From assembly GCA_963730935.1 (NCBI GenBank), contig CAVSTP010000004.1, forward strand, positions 1,024,001 through 1,088,000: DNA of 64,000 nt, given 5' to 3'. This document shows positions 57,593 through 64,000 of this stretch, piece by piece. A model generated the notes under the pieces. It saw only the letters and a program-made list of their open reading frames with translations. It was not told the DNA's origin and made no database searches. Numbering within the stretch: the first letter of the stretch is position 1; each line of letters starts with the position of its first letter. Made by a program: the position numbers and the translations under genes. This stretch comes from an uncultured Nitrospiraceae bacterium (lineage in GTDB: Bacteria > Nitrospirota > Nitrospiria > Nitrospirales > Nitrospiraceae).

Positions 57593-58621
57593 TTAGACAA
57601 TGCCGTTCTTCAAGAGGTCATGCAGGTGAATGACGCCCACAACCTTGCGCTCACCTTCTGTAACGACGAGGGTAGTAATCGAGAACCGTTCCATCTGTTC
57701 GACGGCTTTTGCAGCCAGATCCTCTGGCGCAATGGTCTTTGGACTGCGTGAGGCCAGTTGGCCGGCCGTCACCTTGGCAAAATCTCCGCCCTGTTGGATA
57801 AACCGCCGCAAGTCACCGTCGGTGATGATGCCGGCGAGCCTTCCGTTGTCGTCGGCCACGGTCGTCATGCCCAGCTTTTTGGCCGTGATCTCCAGAATGG
57901 CCGCCGTGGCCGGCACCGCTTCGGAGACCGTGGGCATCTCGGCCCCGCCATGCATCAGGTCTTTGACCCTCACGAGGAGGCGCCTCCCGAGTGTCCCTCC
58001 AGGATGGAATTGCGCAAAGTCTTCCTGCTTGAAGCCGCGCTTCTGAAGGAGAGCGACGGCCAACGCATCTCCCATAGCCAGGGTCGCGGTGGTGCTCGCC
58101 GTGGGCGCCAGCCCCATCGGGCAGGCTTCCTCCGAGACGGACACATCGAGCGCCACATCACTGTTCTTGGCCAGCGTCGAAGTCATGCGCCCCGTCATCG
58201 ACACGACTGGAATACCCATCCGTTCGACGTAAGGCAGCAACTGTAAGATTTCCTGCGTCTCCCCGCTGTTGGAGATGGCGATCAGGACGTCGGCTCGGCC
58301 CAACATGCCGAGGTCTCCATGAATGCCTTCGGCCGGATGGAGAAAAAATGCCGGGGTGCCCGTGCTGGCCATCGTCGCTGCGATTTTCTGTCCAACCAGG
58401 CCGGATTTGCCCATGCCGGATACCACGACCTTGCCCTTGCAACGCATCAGTAGGTCGACGGCCTTGGCGAACTGGGCATCCAATCGTTCGACGAGTGCTT
58501 GCACTGCCCGCGCCTCAATCTTCAGCACACGCCGGCCTTCGGCAAGACTGCCGCCGTTGGCTCGGTCGGACGGGCGGGATACGGCCTTGGAGTTTATTTT
58601 CGTGGATTTGCCGCGTCGCAT
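57593..58621 (-). CDS. kdsD: Arabinose-5-phosphate isomerase (KpsF/GutQ)
   Basis: GMGKSG, HGDLG, S.SGET, APT.ST, FHPGG.LG, CBS pair. Confidence 0.95.
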   Translation of the reverse strand: MRRGKSTKINSKAVSRPSDRANGGSLAEGRRVLKIEARAVQALVERLDAQFAKAVDLLMRCKGKVVVSGMGKSGLVGQKIAATMASTGTPAFFLHPAEGIHGDLGMLGRADVLIAISNSGETQEILQLLPYVERMGIPVVSMTGRMTSTLAKNSDVALDVSVSEEACPMGLAPTASTTATLAMGDALAVALLQKRGFKQEDFAQFHPGGTLGRRLLVRVKDLMHGGAEMPTVSEAVPATAAILEITAKKLGMTTVADDNGRLAGIITDGDLRRFIQQGGDFAKVTAGQLASRSPKTIAPEDLAAKAVEQMERFSITTLVVTEGERKVVGVIHLHDLLKNGIV

Positions 58622-59421
58622 ATCCGCATCACCCGTTCAAGGAGGGGTTTCAGCTGATGGAGGGGAACCATGTTGGGCCCGTCGGACAGCGCCTCGTCAG
58701 GATTCGGATGTACTTCCATAAAGAATCCGTCGACTCCGGCGCCGGCCGCTGCGGAGGCCAGCGGTTCGACGAATTCACGCTGCCCAGAGGATTTCGTGCC
58801 CCCTCCGCCTGGCAGCTGGACGCTGTGCGTTGCATCAAAGACGACCGGATACCCGAAGCTTCGCAGAATCGGGAACGACCGCATGTCCACGACGAGATTG
58901 TTGTACCCGAATGACGATCCGCGCTCGGTCAGGACAATTCGCTGGTTGCCGCACTCTTCGACCTTTTTGACAGCGTTGGACATTTCCTGCGGGGACAGGA
59001 ACTGGCCCTTCTTCACGTTTACGACTTTCCCCGTCTTGGCGGCGGCGATCAGCAAATCGGTCTGCCGGCAGAGAAAGGCCGGAATCTGCAGCACATCGAC
59101 CACGCGGCCGGCTTCAGTCGCTTGTTCCTCGGTATGCACGTCGGTCAGGACCGGCACGCCGACCTCCCGCTTGACCTTCGCCAGCACCTCCAGGCCCTGC
59201 GTCAGGCCCGGCCCCCGGAACGAGCTGATGGACGTCCGGTTCGCCTTGTCGAATGAAGACTTGAACACATAGGGCATCCCCAGCGAGCGCGTGATTTCGG
59301 CAATGCGGCCCGCCGTTTCCAGCACCAGCTGCTCGCTTTCGATGACGCAGGGACCGGCAATCAGGAACGGCCGCTGTCCCTGGCCGACGGTGAATGCGCC
59401 GATATCCACGAGGTGTGCCAT
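58594..59421 (-). CDS. kdsA: KDO-8-phosphate synthase
   Basis: [37 protein letters not shown]. Confidence 0.97.
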   Translation of the reverse strand: MAHLVDIGAFTVGQGQRPFLIAGPCVIESEQLVLETAGRIAEITRSLGMPYVFKSSFDKANRTSISSFRGPGLTQGLEVLAKVKREVGVPVLTDVHTEEQATEAGRVVDVLQIPAFLCRQTDLLIAAAKTGKVVNVKKGQFLSPQEMSNAVKKVEECGNQRIVLTERGSSFGYNNLVVDMRSFPILRSFGYPVVFDATHSVQLPGGGGTKSSGQREFVEPLASAAAGAGVDGFFMEVHPNPDEALSDGPNMVPLHQLKPLLERVMRICDAANPRK

Positions 59422-59497
59422 GGGTTAACCCAGGGACCAGGTTAAGGAAGAGGAGACAAAAGTACCAGCGTTTTTTTCACCGCCGGGCCGCCGCTCG

Positions 59498-61102
59498 TTA
59501 ATGTCCGAGTTTCTTTCGGAGCGCCGCCCCAATAAATCCGCTGAACAACGGATGGGGACGGTGCGGACGCGAACAATATTCAGGATGGAACTGTGTGGCC
59601 AGGAACCAGGGATGGTCCTTGAGCTCGACGATTTCGACCAGCCGGCCGTCCGGCGACAGCCCGCTCAGCACCAAGCCCTTTGCCGTGAGTTGGTCACGGT
59701 AGGCGTTGTTGAATTCAAACCGGTGTCGGTGCCGTTCACGAACTTCGTTCACGCCATACATCTTGTGGGCAAGCGTCCCTTCTCCGAGGCGGCAGAGGTA
59801 GCTTCCGAGGCGCATCGTCCCGCCCTTGTCGCTCACGGCCTGTTGGTCGTGCATCAAGTGAATGACTGGATGCGGCGACCGTTCATCGAATTCGGCGCTG
59901 TTGGCGCCAGCCAAGCCGGCGACGTTGCGTGCGAATTCGATCGTGGCGCACTGCATGCCGAGGCACAGGCCGAGGAACGGCACCTGCCGCTCACGCGCAA
60001 ACCGGATCGTGGTGATCTTCCCTTCAATTCCACGCGCACCGAAGCCGCCCGGGATGAGAATGCCGTCTGCCTCCCGGAGGATCCGCTCCGTTCCCTGCCG
60101 CTCGATATCTTCCGATTCGATCCAGTGGATGTTCACACGCGTCTCATGGTCGATGCCGCCATGGACGAGCGCTTCAGCCAAACTCTTGTAGCATTCTTTC
60201 AATCCGGCATACTTGCCCACCAGCGCCACCGCGATCTCGTGTTTGGGGTGCTTGATTTTCTGCACCATCGCATCCCATTCGCGCAGGTTCGGCGGACCGG
60301 TTTCCATTCTCAACTGCCGGACGATCAGTTCATCCAGGCCTTCCTTGCGGAACACGATCGGTACTTCATAGATCGTCTCCACGTCCTTCGCCGTAATGAC
60401 CGCGTCCTTCTCGACGTTGCAGAACATCGCGATTTTACCCTTCATTTCGGGCGGAATGTAGCGATCAGTGCGGCACAATAAGATGTTCGGCTGAATACCG
60501 ATCTCCCGCAACTTGTTCACGGAATGCTGGGTCGGCTTGGTCTTCAATTCTCCCGCTGCGCTGATGTAGGGAACCAGCGTCAGGTGGACGTAGAGCACGT
60601 TTTCTCGCCCGACGTCGTACGGCATCTGTCGAATCGCCTCGAGAAACGGCAGGCTTTCGATATCGCCGACGGTCCCGCCGATTTCGACGATCGTGACGTC
60701 CATGCCCTGTGAGACCCGCATGATGCATTGTTTGATCTCGTCGGTAATGTGCGGCACGACCTGCACGGTCCCGCCGAGATAGTCTCCCCGTCGCTCCTTG
60801 GTGATGACGGAGTTGTAGATGCGGCCGGTCGTGTAGTTGTTCTGCTTGGTCAACGTCAGCGAGGTATAGCGCTCATAATGGCCGAGATCCAGGTCGGTCT
60901 CCGCACCGTCGTCGGTCACGTACACTTCGCCGTGCTGGTATGGATTCATGGTGCCCGGATCGACATTGATGTACGGATCGAGCTTGAGGAAGGTGATCTT
61001 GAGTCCCCGGCTCTCGAGCAGATTGCCGATCGACGCCGACGCCAGTCCCTTGCCCAATGAGGACACGACCCCACCGGTGACAAAGATGTATTTGCCCATC
61101 AT
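59498..61102 (-). CDS. pyrG: CTP synthase
   Basis: [54 protein letters not shown]; start set to ATG 61102. Confidence 0.98.
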   Translation of the reverse strand: MMGKYIFVTGGVVSSLGKGLASASIGNLLESRGLKITFLKLDPYINVDPGTMNPYQHGEVYVTDDGAETDLDLGHYERYTSLTLTKQNNYTTGRIYNSVITKERRGDYLGGTVQVVPHITDEIKQCIMRVSQGMDVTIVEIGGTVGDIESLPFLEAIRQMPYDVGRENVLYVHLTLVPYISAAGELKTKPTQHSVNKLREIGIQPNILLCRTDRYIPPEMKGKIAMFCNVEKDAVITAKDVETIYEVPIVFRKEGLDELIVRQLRMETGPPNLREWDAMVQKIKHPKHEIAVALVGKYAGLKECYKSLAEALVHGGIDHETRVNIHWIESEDIERQGTERILREADGILIPGGFGARGIEGKITTIRFARERQVPFLGLCLGMQCATIEFARNVAGLAGANSAEFDERSPHPVIHLMHDQQAVSDKGGTMRLGSYLCRLGEGTLAHKMYGVNEVRERHRHRFEFNNAYRDQLTAKGLVLSGLSPDGRLVEIVELKDHPWFLATQFHPEYCSRPHRPHPLFSGFIGAALRKKLGH

Positions 61103-61145
61103 GGTGTCCATCCCCCCGGATCGGGTGAAGGTGATCCGCATTCAG

Positions 61146-61934
61146 TCATAAATGGGTCGACGTTTCAAGCGGCTTGTTCAGCGCCAGGCGCCGCAAGCTC
61201 TCAATGGCCGAGAGGACGTCGGCCGGGGTATCAATGCGCAAGGACGCATGCTGTGTTTCCCACACCTGAATGCCAATCCCGTTGTCCAGGGCGCGCAATT
61301 GCTCCAGCTTTTCCGCTTCCTCTAGACCACTCGTCGCCAACGACGACAGCCTGAGCAGCGTTTCCCTCGTATAGATGTAGACGCCCAGATGGATATAGTG
61401 CAACCCCTTCATGGCCAGTCGACCATGATCATCCCGGACCAGCGGGATGGGCGCGCGTGAAAAGTATAAGGCCCGGCCCTGCCGGTCGGTAACCACCTTG
61501 ACGACCGCCGGGTTCTGCAGTTCTTCGGCGGTGTGCAGGGCGCGCTTCAGGGTCCCCATCTCGGCGCCGGATTCGACGAAGGGCTCGATCAGATCTCTCA
61601 GCAGCTCAGGATCTGCCGGAATTTCATCTCCCTGCAAATTCAAGAAAAACCGGCCGGGCCGCGATCGGGCCACACTGGCAACCCGATCGGTGCCGCTTCG
61701 AAAATCCCCGGTGGTCAACACTGCCTGCCCTCCGAACTCCTCCACGGTCCGCCGGATCCGTTCGTCATCTGTGGCAACCACCACTTCGGACACGACACGG
61801 CAGGCCACCGCCTGCTCGTACACGTGTTGAATGATCGGCTTTCGATCGAGCATGGCGATGGGCTTGCCGGGAAATCGTGACGACCCGTACCGCGCCGGAA
61901 TCACGACCGTCACATCCGGTCTCTGCTTCACCAT
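61146..61934 (-). CDS. kdsB: CMP-KDO synthetase
   Basis: IPARYGSSRFPGKP, SGTDR, NLQGDE, LYFSR.PIP, EKLEQLR. Confidence 0.96.
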   Translation of the reverse strand: MVKQRPDVTVVIPARYGSSRFPGKPIAMLDRKPIIQHVYEQAVACRVVSEVVVATDDERIRRTVEEFGGQAVLTTGDFRSGTDRVASVARSRPGRFFLNLQGDEIPADPELLRDLIEPFVESGAEMGTLKRALHTAEELQNPAVVKVVTDRQGRALYFSRAPIPLVRDDHGRLAMKGLHYIHLGVYIYTRETLLRLSSLATSGLEEAEKLEQLRALDNGIGIQVWETQHASLRIDTPADVLSAIESLRRLALNKPLETSTHL

Positions 61935-61940
61935 CCTACC

Positions 61941-63002
61941 TTAGTCTCCCAGCTCTTCAGAAAGCTGCTTGGTGGTCACCGTGGCCGTGCCGACCATTCC
62001 CACAACGATACCCGCCGCATGATTGGCCAACGTCGCCGCCTCACGCATCGAAGCGCCGGCTGAAAGCGCCAGGGCCAGCGTGCCGACGACGGTATCGCCG
62101 GCGCCGGTGACATCGTAGACTTGCCGCGCCTGCGCGGGAATGTGCCAGGCCTCGTTGTGGCCTTCAAAGAGGCTCATCCCCTTCTCCCCTCGCGTGATCA
62201 GCACCGACTGGCAGCCCAGCCGTTGACGGATCGTTTCTCCGGCTTCCTGGATTGTCTGATCTCCTTCCCCATGGAGTCCCGCTGCCTGTGTCGCTTCCAA
62301 ATGATTGGGCGTAATGACCGTAACCCCCTTGTAGAAGCCAAAATGCTCGACTTTGGGATCGACGATGACCGGTACCTTGCGCAGCGCCGCAAGACGGACC
62401 AGATCTGACATGATTCCTGCCGTCACCACCCCTTTGGCGTAATCCGACACCACCACACAGGTGAGTTCGCGGAGGCGCGATTCAACATACCGCAAGATCC
62501 GTTTTTGCAACTGTGGCTTGATCTCGCCTTTGCGCTCGACGTCATAGCGCACCACCTGCTGATTGTGTGCGATGACCCTCGATTTCTTGATCGTCGGCCG
62601 GTCGGTATCAGTGACGATGCCGCCGTGGCCTGCCCGTTTAGTACCCAACTCCTTAAGCAGCAGACGCCCAGCCTCATCCGAGCCGATCATGCCGCAAATG
62701 TCGGCTTTTCCTCCGAGCGCGAGGATATTGTTGAAGACGTTGGCGGCTCCGCCGAGCCGCATGGATTCCGACTCAACGTGCACGACGGGCACTGGCGCTT
62801 CCGGTGAAATCCGGCTCACCCGTCCCCAAATATAATGGTCAAGAATTAAATCACCGATGACGAGCACCGAGGCTTGAGGGAATCGCTGGATATGGCGCCG
62901 AAGGCTGCTGGCTGACGGCTTCTCTTGGCGGCTGGATGAGCCCGCTGTCGTCGAGTCACGAGCCGGTCTGCTCACTGAATCGCCTTGCCGAACCGCCCCC
63001 AT
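61941..63002 (-). CDS. rfaE1: Heptose-7-phosphate kinase (RfaE domain I / HldA)
   Basis: RISPEAPVPV, GGAANV, SDY.KG, TPN..E, DVTGAGDT; start uncertain, ATG 63002 chosen. Confidence 0.93.
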   Translation of the reverse strand: MGAVRQGDSVSRPARDSTTAGSSSRQEKPSASSLRRHIQRFPQASVLVIGDLILDHYIWGRVSRISPEAPVPVVHVESESMRLGGAANVFNNILALGGKADICGMIGSDEAGRLLLKELGTKRAGHGGIVTDTDRPTIKKSRVIAHNQQVVRYDVERKGEIKPQLQKRILRYVESRLRELTCVVVSDYAKGVVTAGIMSDLVRLAALRKVPVIVDPKVEHFGFYKGVTVITPNHLEATQAAGLHGEGDQTIQEAGETIRQRLGCQSVLITRGEKGMSLFEGHNEAWHIPAQARQVYDVTGAGDTVVGTLALALSAGASMREAATLANHAAGIVVGMVGTATVTTKQLSEELGD

Positions 63003-63727
63003 CGAACCCACTCCTTCCATTGCCCTTGGCCGCTCCATGACCAATAAATACGGAAGGCTTTTCCCCGGATTTTTTCCTCGCGCACGAATCCCCAAAAGCG
63101 GCTGTCCAAACTTTGGTCGCGATTATCTCCCATGACGAAATAGGACTCGGAAGGTACCGTGACGGGACCGAAGTTATCCCGGGGGTTGATCGTCCCGTCG
63201 ATCACCCCCGAGTCAATACGCTGCGTAAACGCCTTGTCGTCCAGCGGTGACCCGTTGACCAAGACTACTTTGTTCTTGATCTGAACCGTGTCCCCTGGGA
63301 CGCCGACGATCCGCTTGATGAAATCCTTCTCCTCGTCCTCCGGAAACCTGAACACGATGATGTCCCCTCGCTGCGGTTTTCCAAACTCGATCACCGCATG
63401 GGAGGCGTAGCAATTCACCGGCGGGAACGTGACCTGGAATTTGCAGTCGCTCGGCCATTGAATGCCGTAGGCGAGCTTGCTCACCAGGATGTGGTCGCCG
63501 ATCAATAGGGTGGGAATCATCGAACCGGAAGGGATCTTGAATGCCTGGACAACGAACACGCGGATGGCAAAGGCCAGCAGCATCGCCACAACGATGGCTT
63601 CTGCATATTCCCGGAACACGGACTTCCGGGCTGGCTGCACGGTGCTGGACATGCCCTCTCCTGTGGCCGCCTCCGGCGCTCGGGATGCAATCTCGTCTGT
63701 ACTCTGGAGGTTGGGATCGATGCTCAT
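62972..63727 (-). CDS. lepB: Signal peptidase I
   Basis: IPSGSM.PTL, RGDIIVF, IKR, GDNRD.S.DSR.WG. Confidence 0.96.
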   Translation of the reverse strand: MSIDPNLQSTDEIASRAPEAATGEGMSSTVQPARKSVFREYAEAIVVAMLLAFAIRVFVVQAFKIPSGSMIPTLLIGDHILVSKLAYGIQWPSDCKFQVTFPPVNCYASHAVIEFGKPQRGDIIVFRFPEDEEKDFIKRIVGVPGDTVQIKNKVVLVNGSPLDDKAFTQRIDSGVIDGTINPRDNFGPVTVPSESYFVMGDNRDQSLDSRFWGFVREEKIRGKAFRIYWSWSGQGQWKEWVRWGRFGKAIQ

Positions 63728-64000
63728 TCGTCACCGACTTTCAGGATGGCCAAGAAAGCTTCCTGAGGCACTTCCACGCTGCCGACGGCTTTCATCCGTT
63801 TCTTTCCTTCTTTTTGTTTTTCGAGAAGTTTGCGCTTGCGGGTAATGTCGCCGCCGTAGCATTTTGCGGTAACATTCTTCTTCATCGCTCCGATGGTCTC
63901 GCGGGCGATCACTTTGTTGCCGATCGCCGCTTGGATGGCGATCTCGAACATCTGCCGCGGAATCAGCTCTTTCATTTTCTCGGCCAACTGCCGGCCTCGC
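63724..64000 (-). CDS. lepA: Elongation factor 4, C-terminal part (truncated by window edge)
   Basis: [37 protein letters not shown]. Confidence 0.97.
   Translation of the reverse strand, partial: RGRQLAEKMKELIPRQMFEIAIQAAIGNKVIARETIGAMKKNVTAKCYGGDITRKRKLLEKQKEGKKRMKAVGSVEVPQEAFLAILKVGDE

Overview
This is a high-GC bacterial chromosomal window. Gene content and style (nirK with a Crp/Fnr regulator, ppdK-glyQS-ribD, archease-rtcB, kdsB-pyrG-kdsA-kdsD, and a characteristic interspersed repeat) point to Nitrospira/Nitrospirota, which is an inference. Housekeeping blocks: riboflavin genes, ppdK, glyQS, transketolase, lepA-lepB-rfaE1-kdsB-pyrG-kdsA-kdsD-pgsA-plsY. Accessory regions: a Crp/Fnr-nirK-HMA-like unit, a partly decayed sigma54-controlled island (modA, two pseudogenes, a split RND pump, a CHASE3 kinase and NtrC-type regulator), c-di-GMP and two-component genes, and archease-rtcB. 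The best candidate for an uncharacterised system is the 7-gene minus-strand cluster at 47814-55294. It encodes a GlmL/MutL-like ASKHA ATPase with no glutamate mutase nearby, a hybrid-motif/KOW protein and four membrane proteins, followed by a MEMO-family protein with a PqqD/RRE-like N-terminus. A modular hairpin repeat family with co-varying terminal stems occurs six times, three of them inside that cluster. Also seen: an unlisted 38-aa membrane ORF coupled to ribE, an FN3 pseudogene, a perfect Crp/Fnr-type palindrome upstream of nirK and an IscR-type operator upstream of the Rrf2 gene. No rRNA, tRNA, CRISPR array or transposase was recognised. Family assignments come from motif recognition, not database searches.
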